Below, in pieces: positions 1-11,611 of a stretch of 64,000 nucleotides of DNA; the first letter of the stretch is position 1; each line of letters begins with the position of its first letter. The notes below the pieces were generated by a model that saw nothing but the letters and a program-made list of their open reading frames with translations, had not been told where the DNA came from and made no database searches. The position numbers and the translations under genes were made by a program. The DNA is from Schizochytrium sp. TIO01. Lineage: Eukaryota; Protista; Bigyra: Labyrinthulomycetes. The DNA is taken from assembly GCA_004764695.1 (NCBI GenBank), contig SMSO01000035.1, positions 1,860,001 through 1,924,000 of the forward strand. Direction: 5' to 3'.

Positions 1-10
1 CTTCCTTTTC

Positions 11-46
11 TCATTCATTCATTCATTCATTCATTCATTCATTCAT
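11..46. repeat. (TCAT)n microsatellite
   Basis: Direct reading. Confidence 0.9.
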
Positions 47-324
47 TGGCCAGGACTGCGAAGATCTCGAGCGGACGAGCAGATATGATGGTGCGGGTCT
101 CCGCGAGTGCGGGCGAATGAAGGGCTCTGGCGCAATGCTGCGCTCAGCGGTGCGCTTCCATGGCTCGCCCCATCTTCTTCGTCTTCTTCTTCGTGGCCGG
201 GGAATCCGTTCTCTGCTGCCTGCACGAGGCCGGTCTCCGATGGACGTCGCGCGCCCACAACTGCAGTGGGGTGAGGCACGTGCATAGATTAGAGGATAAG
301 CAAAGAGAGAGAAACAAGCGAATT

Positions 325-369
325 GATGGATAGATGGATGGATGGATGGATGGATGGATGGATGGATGG
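325..369. repeat. (GATG)n microsatellite
   Basis: Direct reading. Confidence 0.9.
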
Positions 370-1876
370 CCATTTACTTACAAGTTTGCTGGTAGAGCTG
401 ATGGGTCGATTCTAGTTTGGACGTTAGAGAACGAGATCACCATCGCGAAAATCACGTGCGCGGATTAATGCAGGCAATCTTAAAAACTCGCCCTGAGCTT
501 TGACACCTTGAAATGGCCAAAGTGAATAGACAAGTGGTGGGATGCATCAAGCAAAGAGCGATTCCATGGATGATTTCAAGAATGAATGAATTTTGTTTAA
601 CTCCCTTTAAAGCCCTCGAAACTCTCGTGTTATGTATCGACTTATTAACGGCACATGTCTTCAAAACAGCTGATTTCATTCTTGGTCTTGGTCATCACCA
701 TCATACACGCAACAGGCAACATCCTGGGTTTCAGGATGGCTAACAACAGGTCTGGAGCCCGGAATATCATAAATTTCTGTCTCCACGACCGCCATAACGG
801 CAATCATGAGAGAGAGAGAGAGAGAGAGAGAGATCGTTCAATGCATTTCAATGCATTGTAGTTCAAAGCAGCGAAGCAAAGCAAAAAGCACAATGGATGT
901 ATTGCAGGATCGCTTTGGTTTATGAATACTAACAAAATCGCGAATGTAAATCTACCGGAGTGGAACAGCAGTTTTTTAAAAGTTAGTTTTCTCTTCGAAT
1001 ACCTAACACGTACTCACTTATCGTTCATTCTTGAAAAGTGGAGGCTTTGAACAAAACAATAACAACAATATAACAAACAAGCAAACAAGGAAACAAAAAG
1101 TGCAGAGAAGTGTGCTACATTGAAAATTAAGCGCGCGCTACTTTGCCGTCGCGAGAGCTCTTTCTTCAAATTGCTTGACTCTGCGCTCATGAAGGCACCT
1201 TCGGAAACAAAACACAGCCACGCGAACAAAAGTCCACCGCCCCTCTTCCACCTATCTATGTATCCATTCACCATTCATCCATTCATTCCCTCCAATAAAT
1301 AAACTCAATTCACTACACCTCTCTATTCAAGCCGCCTCGTTTCCTTCTTTCTCCGGCACCAAAAATCGCTTGGCCCCAGACGGGCGGGACCCATCGTGGG
1401 GGTCCCCTAGCTTTCCGTCTTGATGGTCAGGGGAATCATCATGGGTGTCCCTTCAGAGTGGCTGAGGCGTTCCATTTTTTTCTTTTCAAATTTAAAAAGT
1501 ATTCACCTTCATCGTTACTTTTTATTACTATAACAATAATAAAATTAAACATTATATTTTATTTGCATTTTAAAAAATAAACATAAAAAAATATATTGCA
1601 TTTACATGTGCTGGAAAAGTTCAAATTAGATTTCAAGCTGCATGCTGACAGCTTTATACACTAAAAAATAAAAAAAAATGAATGAATGAATGAATGAATG
1701 AATGAACAGAGAGCTGGTGTCGAGGCTGGTCCCTGATGGTGTTTCTATTGCGATATGCTCGAGGCACGCGAGGGCTGGTCGCGATGGCATCCCGAGCTCA
1801 GAGCAAGGCCGTTGCAGAGCGCCTGCGAGACGGGCGGGGTCTGGAGAGCAGGCCACCGCCAGCCCGCCAGCCCGCC

Positions 1877-1910
<34 letters not shown>
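1877..1910. repeat. (AAGC)n microsatellite
   Basis: Direct reading. Confidence 0.9.
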
Positions 1911-1911
<1 letters not shown>

Positions 1912-4900
1912 TGGAAAACAGGTGCGCGAGAAAGAGGTTGGAGACCCGCGGCACTTGAATCGCACACAGTGGCCAAAAGTGCGAGCCGCTGCTAATTACG
2001 GTGTATGTGCATGTGCTGGACACGAGACTTTCATTCATACTTCGTACTTTTTACATTCCCTTTCGCTCAGAATCATTCATTCGTTCATTCATGCATTCGA
2101 AGTGCGCTTGAGCTCAAACCAAACACTCGAACACTCGAACACTCAACACTCAGAGACCATGGCGGCGCTCTAGCTAAGAGAGGCACCATCGGCAAGAGGC
2201 AACGGCGTACAATTTCTGTCTATCGCCAGGGCTTCAAGCCTTCAAAATGCAATTCAAGTCATTCCCTGATTGATATACCTACATCCACACGCATACAAAC
2301 AAACAAATAAACAAACGATCACATTTCGTAAGGAAGCGGTATGTATAATATTCGATCCTCCTTTACAAAGAATGTGCTTCGTCTTCTGCGGGAGGGCTCG
2401 CCATCCGTGAGAAAACCTTAGACCTTTCTTGAAAACTGCTGCTGCTGCTGCTGCTGCTAGACTGAGTGGGACGTGGCTTGGTTTATAGCAGAGGCTCGGC
2501 TTCGTTGGGCCTCCAAAAGGGCGAAGGTAGGAGGTAAGTAGGTGCTGGTTTACCTGGTTTGTTTGTTTGTAGCTGAGGAAGCCGTGAATACAAAGTAGTT
2601 TCCACCCTTTTTCCAAATTCGTGAATTGGTCCAAATTTGCGAGTTTGATCCAAATTCGAAAGAATTGGAAAAAGCAGCGGTAACAAAAGCCGGCTGGTGA
2701 AAACAGCTTTTTTCGCCTGCTTCAAGAATAAGAACCAGTTCTTCGTTGATGCCTCCTCGTTTTATAGAGGACAGGACTTGATCTGCAGGTCATTCGATCG
2801 ATTACATTCCATCCCGTTAAAGCAAGCGTAAGTGGCAGCGCCTGTTTTTTTAATCAAGTAAGTTGGTTCGTTGCTTCGTTGGTTGGTTGGATGGACTGAT
2901 GTCGTGACGATTGAGGCCCAAGAACATCGGTAAGAACTCACCTCGACATTTGTTTGTTTCTCCCTTTATTCTTCGACTCGTGCATGTATTCCCTCATCTC
3001 TTCATTCATTCTACTTTATCCCACCACAGGTCCTTGAGATAAAGGCTTAGCTTGCCACGGTGCGACAAACTGACTGACTAAACTAATCCACCTCTTGAGT
3101 GTCGAAGGAAAGGTCGCCTTAATTTTGGTGTCTTTGCATCAAGTGATCGCGGAATCGGTTCGGGTGAGGGCGAACTTGGAATATGGCGCCTCAGTGACCT
3201 GCTCACAGGTTCCAAAACAGCTCCTTTATAATAATTATAATAATTTTTAATTACTATTAGAAATGTACTGATGCATTTATCCATTCACTTTAAATAAAGA
3301 ACATTTTAAAAATAAATTGTTAAAAAGAATATACAGAAGGAGTTTGACCACCAATAGAAAAAAAAGTTCTTTTTGTATACATGTAGCAAATAGCGGGTCA
3401 AGCATGTGAAGCTGGCTATTATCATTACCTGCTTTGGCTAGCAGCGTTACACAGCTCAGGCTCTTTTCCCTCAAGCTTGATCCGAGATAAGCTGCTTTCT
3501 TTTTCTTTACTTCTTTGGAAAATGAAAAAGGTAAAACTATAGCTTTGCAAAACACACTGACAGGGCACGTAGCAAACGTCGATATCGCCGCCTAGCTTTT
3601 ATGCTAATACCCCCTAGGCGCGACGTCTGTTGCTCCGGCAGTGGCTTTCAGGTACCCCTGGGCTTAAAAAAATACCAATAGAAATAAAAATAAAAACATG
3701 CTTTAAATAAATAAATAATAACAATAAAAATATACGATTCGTTTAAATCATTTTGTTAATCTCTATCAAAACTAATTTAATTTATATATACAGGTATATG
3801 CATCTTGTACGAACTTTAGTTAGGTATGTATTCATAAAGCCCCATAATAACAATGGTTTCAGGTTCAAGTTGCTCCCGGCTCAGTGAACGGTTTGGATCG
3901 TTCCCTGCCCGTGCATCGTGGGTTCCCGGTGTTACGTCCTGCACGATTTCCAAGGACCCGTCCACTCGAGCAGACGTGAGCCCTCGCACAAGCCGAGCGG
4001 CCGACGACGAAGACGAACCGTGCCGCGGTGACGGCGGTCCCTCCGTAGCGGCAGCTGCGCGAGAGGGCGTTCTTTGGTTGATTCCTGCATTAAGTTTGTT
4101 GCTGTTCTTTCAATCTGCGCAATCCTTTCAGTTTATCGCTCAATGCGATCGCAGGAGACGAAAAGCAGATCCGACGATACGTAGATAGGAAAGTCCGTCC
4201 GAAATGAATCTTAGTTCCATCCAATGTACGCCAAATGGTGAATGGATCAATCAATGAATCAATGAATCAACGGATGCTAAGGCTTTACGATGCGAGAGGA
4301 ACCCACCGTGTTGCGCGTTTATTTGCTTTCCTTCGTCTTCTTCGCCGACGGCTCTTTCGGAAAGCTTCGAGTTCCGGGGTTCCTCAGAGATCGATCGATC
4401 TTATATTTATCTATTTTAGTTATCTCCAGAACTCTCGACCCGAACATTCGAAACTATCCTGACTCAACTCTGTCTGTCAACAGCTCAATCTTACTCAACG
4501 AAGAAGAATCTCCCTTCGATTTTCTTCTTCTTCGGCCGAGTTGAGGGTCGGAAACCGCACGTGCGTTGGATCTATCTCGAGCTCACTCGAACTTGAGTTG
4601 AACTTGGGATGAACTTGGGGGGCCCTGAGTTCACCTTCGTTTGTTTGCTTGCTCTGGCGCAGCGGAAATTTCGAAGGCACAGTCGTCGTCATCTCAGGAA
4701 AGTTCAACAGACAGACAGACAATCAATCAATCAATCAGTAAATAAATACGCCATTCGGCCGTTCGGTCATTGGCCCAAGAACGTCTTCAGCATCCAAGCA
4801 ACTCAGAGCAAACAATCAGTCCAACGAACCAACGAACGATCAAAGACGGAGGAGAGCGCGGTATCTCGGGCATTCGCAATCCGAGTCCGGAGAACAGCGA

Positions 4901-5291
4901 ACGATCTCGAGAGCAAAGAACAACGAATTCTGAAAGGAGAGATTGCATGATCACAACATCATTTTTACTTTGGGTTGTTAAAATTTTATAATAAGTTTTT
5001 AATAATATAGAAAAGAGCATTTACTTTATTGAGGAGATTGAACAGGATGGCAAACATGAGCGAGAGTACAGTAGAGCTAGTAGATAAACAAACCTATTCT
5101 TTTGCGTAGGAGAGAGAAAGGAATATCGTGTAGTAGGTGCCATGGGAAACTATATTTCCTGCCTCTTCAACTTGTTCTTCGATTTGGGGTTCATTCGTTA
5201 CTTAGATTACGTGCGTAGGTAGTGTCAAACCTCAACGTAAGAGATGGCTCTATCTCTCTTCCCCACCCCACTCTCTCTTTCTCTTTCTTTC

Positions 5292-5292
<1 letters not shown>

Positions 5293-5345
<53 letters not shown>
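5293..5345. repeat. (CTTT)n microsatellite
   Basis: Direct reading. Confidence 0.9.
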
Positions 5346-5346
<1 letters not shown>

Positions 5347-5704
5347 GTCTTCGTCATCGTCATCCTTTAAAAGAGTCTTTTCAATGTCGCACACTTCGGC
5401 GCACTCTTCCGAGCCTCCCTCTCCTTCCTTTTCAGCTCCCCCTTTTTATTATGGCCAGCTGTACTTATAATTTTAGATAAAAAAATAATTATAACCATAT
5501 ATACATATAAATCATATTACGAATGTATCAAATTCTTGTTTGTTTGTTTCATTCCACGTATCCTTCGCTACTATTTTTACTTTTAAGCAAAAAAAAGTCT
5601 AGTCAACACTGTTTATAAATAAATAAAATTGAACATCGACGACGCTAAGATTACTCAAACAAATTCTTCGAAAATGTGCCGTTTGGGCCACTACTGCTGT
5701 TGGT

Positions 5705-6961
5705 GTGCCTACCAAGCACGTGTAACGTAAAGCGTAGGCACTGGCCTACGTGCTGCATGGCGTAGGGAAACTCTAGCTAGAGGAGATTGCAGAATGAGTC
5801 ATCCAATGCCCACGTGGTCTCGGAGACCACTTCTCCACGTTTGGGCTCTCTCTTTCTTTCTCCGTCCGTGTGGCCAGCGACGACACCTCACGTGTTCCGG
5901 CTGGCTTCGACCAAGGCCAAGATTAGAGCTCTTGCCCGTACCCTTCCTGGCCTTGTGCTTTTCCGCATCGCTCGCGATGGACACCGAAAGGCCCAAAGAG
6001 CGCTCGAGTTCGTTCTGCGGCACGTACGTTGGTGGGATGAATGATGAATGGATTGCGGTACACATCTTCATAAAAAGCTGAATGATGAATGGGACACGTA
6101 TGCATAAATTTGTTGGTTGGTTGGTTGGTTGGTCGGTTGGTTAGTTGGTTGACTGACTCAGAGACTCGAACTGACTCGGACGCTGTTCTGGTTCATCGAA
6201 TCGCGTTGGTTGATGGATTGCGCTTTCGTGTTTTCGTGAGTCTTGGCAGAAAAAAGCGCCGTTGACCCGAAAGAGAGGAAGAAAGGCAGAAACCGCTAAC
6301 AAATAAATAATTAATTAGTTAATCACCATTCGCGAGATTGGAAATGGCCACCGCCATCGTTGTTACCTCAGGTCTATTACTGCGCCGATCGACGCGTAGC
6401 TAACGACAGAGGGGCACAGACGCCTTCCCTTTCGACGCGAAGCTCGCCAGCCCTGGGCAAAGAGTTTCTTGCGCTGCGACAGGAATTCCATTCATGATTC
6501 AATCTTGGCATCCATCAGGAGCCTTCCTTCAAGTTCAAGCTTGCTTGAATCATCATGACGCTGGAAATGCGTTGCGGCGAAAGCGCTTACTTGCATGTGA
6601 GTAGACCCTTAATCGTTTTCCCTAAGTGACCACAGCGGCACGTGATGTCACGGTTTTTTCTGCTGCGGGCACAGCGAGAAGCAGCCTTAGGGTGCCGCTA
6701 CCGCTTAGGATAGCAGTGCCGGCTCACTCGCAAGGCACACTGTGGAAGGCAGTGCTATGATAAAGCCTAAGAGGCCCGATAAGGCTGCTACGCATCTTCT
6801 GCAAGCACTGCGATGACACCATGGCGATGTTGTAGTCTATTTGCAAAACTGGGCGTCCGCCTCCTTCGGACCGTCTGTCTCTCGAACACTGTCCGTTTCT
6901 GGCGACGGGCTCAGCGCTCGTGCCTCTCCTGCAGTCACGAGGACCATGGTTGGGCCACGTG
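5705..6961. promoter_or_regulatory. Candidate cis-regulatory cluster (CACGTG E/G-boxes, ATGAGTCAT AP-1/GCN4-type site)
   Basis: CACGTG at 5717, 5811, 5889, 6639 and 6956. ATGAGTCAT at 5794-5802. Confidence 0.35.
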
Positions 6962-9900
6962 ACAAGCATTGGTCCCATTGGCGAAGGACCGAATGGGTGG
7001 ATGAATGAGTGAAAGCATCAGTCAATCCATCCATCATCAATGAACCATCGCGCAGAAAAGTGAAGCCTGACCTGCGCTATGATGAGCGAAACGAGATTAT
7101 TCATTTTCTTTCTTAGCGATGACTACTAAGAGCAGCACATATTCACTTCTATTTATAATTTAAATTAAAACTAAAAAATATTGCCTGAATGATTTTCAAT
7201 AGAGTTAAGACGATGTTGTTATTAATAGAAAGAGAGAGTTCAAACGGACAGACGGGCGACACGGGCCCAATCCCTGAGGGGCGAGATATTACCAGAATTG
7301 AATCAAAGGATAGGTATAACCATGTATAAGTACACGGGTTTGGTACCAGTGCACAGGCACGCGACGCTTCCCCGCCGTGAGGAAAGAAAACAACGATTGC
7401 ATTCAAGTTTTTTGTTTTCTTGAATTGGGATATTGTTTACAGACTGCGTTTTTGCCACAACAGAGAGAAATCGGCGGACCATTGAGTGAGCATTGTCTTC
7501 GTTGGCGCTTCATTTGACAGCTCAGTGCGATTTCATCCCCAGCTTCTGAAGGCTTCGTCTGAGGCCGAAATAGAGACGCGGCGATGAAAGATCATCGGCT
7601 CATTCTTCGTCACTTCTGCAGTGCCTGTTACATTCTAACGGAGCCAATGAAGAAGGACAACAGAAACATGTATGCAGATTGCAGTGGGGCCCGTCGAGCA
7701 TAAAACTGGCGCAAGCCTTCGGCGCGAGCTGCGAGACACCTCAAATAGGTCAATCCGTTGACACTGAGCTGATTGATCGATCGATCAATTGCTTGCTTGA
7801 TTGTTTGATTGAATGAATGATTGTCTATTGTGCAGAGACCGCAAAAGGCGCTGCGGTTTCCTTGCCCAAGTGGGGGTTAAGCGAGACCAGGCCGGCGTCC
7901 GGAGACGTGAAAAGCAGCACGAGGCGAACTGGAATCAGCAGGCGTAAATAGTTTCTTTTGTTTAATAGATGCGTATATATATATGTATATATTCTAAAAG
8001 GAAAGATTCTTTTAACTTTTTTTAAAACGATGTTTTTTGTTGTTTTTTTTAAGGGGGAAACCTGAGGGAGATGAGATGAACAAAGAAAGAATTGGGCTAC
8101 TACTTTTATTCTACGAAAAACCTTTCGCTTGAAACAAAATAGAATGAATATAAAGAATAAAGAAATAAAGAAATATAAGATAAGCAAATCAAATTGCGTA
8201 GCTCAAGCAAACCAACAATAAAAAATTTGAACAAAAAGCTACAAAGAAAAACTAGTAAGTAAATAAACAAATACAAATAATACTGCTAAACAAATTGGGT
8301 AGCTCAGCAAACCAACACAAATGAAGAGCTAAGAAGAAAAAGAAAAACTGCTCAAAGGTCTCCGCCTTCTTTTAATTCTTTTAAAAGATGGCCCTTTTCT
8401 TCTTCTTCTTCTTCTTCTCTTCGAGCTGTCTGAATATTTGCCTTTGTTTGCTCAAGATAGATATAGATCCATATTGGGCAATCAGACAAAGCAGAGGCGA
8501 GCCTGAACAAAGAGGCCGCCAACTATGCGAAGCATTTATCTCATAGACTATCCGACCAACCAACAATGGCCTTTCAAGTTCTGCGGATGGCTCTTCTTTG
8601 GAAGGGGCTCAGGGCCACAGCCGATCACTCGTCTCAGTCACTTCTTCTGTCTGCGCAGCGGCCCCGAACCTCGGCGGACTTTGGTTTTCGATGCCCGGTT
8701 CAACGAAGAAGAAGACTACGATCTTTTCTCTATTATTATGATTATGTTTAAGTTTTTAAATATAACATTTTTCAACTTTCAATTGGAATTTGAAAATATA
8801 TGACAAAACGTAGTTGAAATTTGACCTGCTTTCTTTCCCCAGCCTCCTGGAAAACAACCGCTACATAGTACCTGCTTAGCTGAAGCTATTATGGAGTCGA
8901 AGACTTTCTTTCTTTCTTGTTTTCTTTCTTTCTTTCTGACTCTGTCCTCCTGAAAAAGAGAACTAATGAGTACTGCTTGAGGAAACAGGAAGTTGGGCTC
9001 CCTCTATTGAGTAACACGTAACTCTCTTCTCTCCAGTCTTCCTCAAAGAAGAAAGAGCAGACAGAAGGAGCAGAGGCGATGAACTGATTTCGGATAGTCA
9101 GCCGAAGGTTAAAGAAACCTCTTCAGCCATTGCATACGATTCGAAGAAGTAGAGTCCCTGTTCTGCTCTATTTTGTTCTGTTCTACTCTACCTGTTCTGC
9201 CCTGTTATGTTTTAATTTTATTTTTTGTTTTAAATCTAAAATTTAATGTAATGTAAGGGCCTCTGCAGGGGACAGCGGGTCGCCTTCCTCGCCTTGGCTT
9301 TGTTTGCGGCATTGCGGCATTGCAGTTGGTGATCACGAGCGAAGGACAGAACGGAAAAATCGCAAACGTGCGTGAGAAAGCTGTTCTTTCGCCCATCGAG
9401 CTGCTTCTCCGCTGTCGCCCGAGCTTTAACAGCGTGTGATGGTGGCGGCGCGCATGATTAATCTCGACATGTCGGCGCCTCTGGAAACAGGCGCTTCAAG
9501 AAATTCGAGCTTTCGCTCCTCTTTCGCGCTGTACTTTCGAACGAACTGTTCGCTATTTACTATTTACTGACTTACTTATTTATGAAAGATGAAAGAAAAG
9601 GGAAGGAAAAGAAAGAGAGAGAAAGAAAGAGAGAGAAAGGTGGAGGATATCACAGCGCCCCTTGGAGTTGACAGGAGGGGCGATGTGCAGGGGACCCAGC
9701 GTCACGTCTTCTTCGTGTTGGAGATTTCGATTTTGAACTTGCAGAAGCTCAGAAGAGGAGAAGCGCAGGATTGATTAACCCTCACTCACTCAGTGCTCCT
9801 GAGGAGAGCGGAGTTGGCCTCCGCAGAGAGACTCGCGCCTTTCAAAGAGGCGTGGAAGAAAGGCGGAGGCGCTGATGCTCGCAGTGACGTGGTCTTTCTT

Positions 9901-10888
9901 CATTCAATGTCATAGGCGCGAGAACGATGAAGCTATTTATTTTAAAGTTTATCTTTTTATGATCTATTTATGAAGTTTCGATCGAAGCAACCAACCAACC
10001 AACCAACCAACTAACCAAACAAACAAACAAACAACTCGATTGTGGAAAAAGTCTTCAATTTTAACAAAATAAAAAATACTTTGTTCCTTTTTCTTTTGTA
10101 ATAAGCATCCGCAAAAGATGAAAGCTCGAAAAACTCTTCATTGAGGAAAGTGCTTCCTTCTCACAGCTGTATTTTTTGCTAGGAGAAAAGAGGTCGCTTG
10201 GAGAAACCTCCCCACTCTTGCTTGTCAATGTTGAAACAAAAAGGTAAAAGGTAGAAAGATGAATGTTAGTCATCACGACCTACTTTGAAAAAAGAGTAGT
10301 AATCACTCACCATAAGACCATATTTTTTAATTGAAAATTAATGAAAGAACGTTTTGATTGAAACTTTCTTTCTTTCTTTCTTTCTTTCTTTTTTATTGGA
10401 AAGAAGAAGATGAAGAAAGGTAAAATCAAAAACTTTGGGAAATGAAAGAAAGTGAGGGCCTTTGCTTCTCACAACAAAAAGTGGAAGAAGCCTAGAGAAA
10501 GGTGAACAAGGAGAGAAAAAGAAAGGGCCCTTGACTGTTCCTTCCTCCAAAGGGTGCCTAGTCTTTTGTTTTCTTTAAAGTTTTTCCACTTTCAGTTGTT
10601 ACGCTATATTACCAGTAATAACGCCCAGGTCTTCCTTCCTGTAAAAGTATTACTTGATGGTATTTGTTTGTTTTAGCAAATTATGTTAACTTGTAAAAGG
10701 GAGGAAAAGAAAAGAAAACCGCTTTGATATGCATTTAAAGAGAGAAAATGAAGAAGAAGAAGAGAGAAAACGAGCAAGAGAGAGAAAGCAAAACCCAAAC
10801 TCGTGACATCAAAGTTTCGAATTCCACGCCAAGCTGAGCGAAGAAGAAGAAGGAGAAGCAAACCACGACCACAACAAAAGATAAAGAT

Positions 10889-10891
<3 letters not shown>

Positions 10892-10921
<30 letters not shown>
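10892..10921. repeat. (CAG)10 immediately upstream of the orphan ORF
   Basis: Direct reading. Confidence 0.9.
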
Positions 10922-10922
<1 letters not shown>

Positions 10923-10945
10923 TCACGCCCTCGCAAGACCCGTTG

Positions 10946-11611
10946 ATGCTAGGAGGACGCGAAACCATGATGCTCGTGCACGCAGACCACGCCGGGGCCC
11001 GGCTCACAGAGATGCTCTCGACCTGGAGGTCCTCCGTGGCAAAGTACATGAAGAAGAAGAAACAGAACCAAAGCTGCTCCCGCGACGAGTCGAGCGGCAG
11101 CAGAAACAGGCTGAGCAGGAGAAGACAGCGCAGGGCGGTGCACGAAGACGCCAAAACCGCGCAGCAGAACCTGAGTCAAAGTCAAAGCATTAAGAAGGAG
11201 CCAATCATCACAGTCATGGAGCAAGCTAAAATGACAGCAGAACCATCGTGGGTACGCAAAATTGTGGTTGAGGCCACCCCGGAGCAGACCGAGAGCCAGG
11301 AAGAGCTCGAAGTTGAACACGAATCCAAATTCGAAGAGGAAGATGACTTCGAGGTATTCAACACCAAGAACCGCGCGTCGCAGATCCCTGCAATCCCACA
11401 GAGACCCAAGGACGGGTCCCAGTCTGCATTTCTCCAGCGGATGTGGGACAACTTGTACGCCAGCGATGCAGTGCAGGAGGACGCAAAGGCAAAGAGCAAC
11501 GTCAGTGCTCGCAGCCGCAGCGTACTCTCAAAGGATGTTCATGACCGCATGCGAAAGGGTGCTTCTCCTTCCGAGCTCCTCGAGTCGATCCACACTCTCA
11601 CCGCCGCATAA
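10946..11611 (+). CDS. Hypothetical protein (~214-221 aa; basic N-terminus, acidic middle)
   Basis: Only long ORF in the first 14 kb, with C/G-ending codon bias. First ATG at 10946, better-context ATG (aaaccATG) at 10967. No recognisable domain. Confidence 0.6.
   Translation: MLGGRETMMLVHADHAGARLTEMLSTWRSSVAKYMKKKKQNQSCSRDESSGSRNRLSRRRQRRAVHEDAKTAQQNLSQSQSIKKEPIITVMEQAKMTAEPSWVRKIVVEATPEQTESQEELEVEHESKFEEEDDFEVFNTKNRASQIPAIPQRPKDGSQSAFLQRMWDNLYASDAVQEDAKAKSNVSARSRSVLSKDVHDRMRKGASPSELLESIHTLTAA

Noticed and set aside
5745-5770. TPP riboswitch (GCGTAGGGA end motif)
   Set aside because: No upstream CTGAGA or CCTGAT core.
6901-7000. HDV-like ribozyme (GGTCCCA...CGAATGGG)
   Set aside because: P1, P3/L3 and P1.1 elements cannot be built in the right order.
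7077-7100. Hammerhead core (ATGATGAGCGAAAC)
   Set aside because: Lacks CUGA and has no stem II or flanking stems.
8191-8320. ~28-bp direct repeat AAATTG(C/G)GTAGCTC(A)AGCAAACCAACA x2
   Set aside because: Simple local duplication in low-complexity DNA with no further structure.
35-10900. Numerous 60-145 aa ORFs
   Set aside because: Mostly run through microsatellites, often have non-ATG starts, and show no codon bias or domains.
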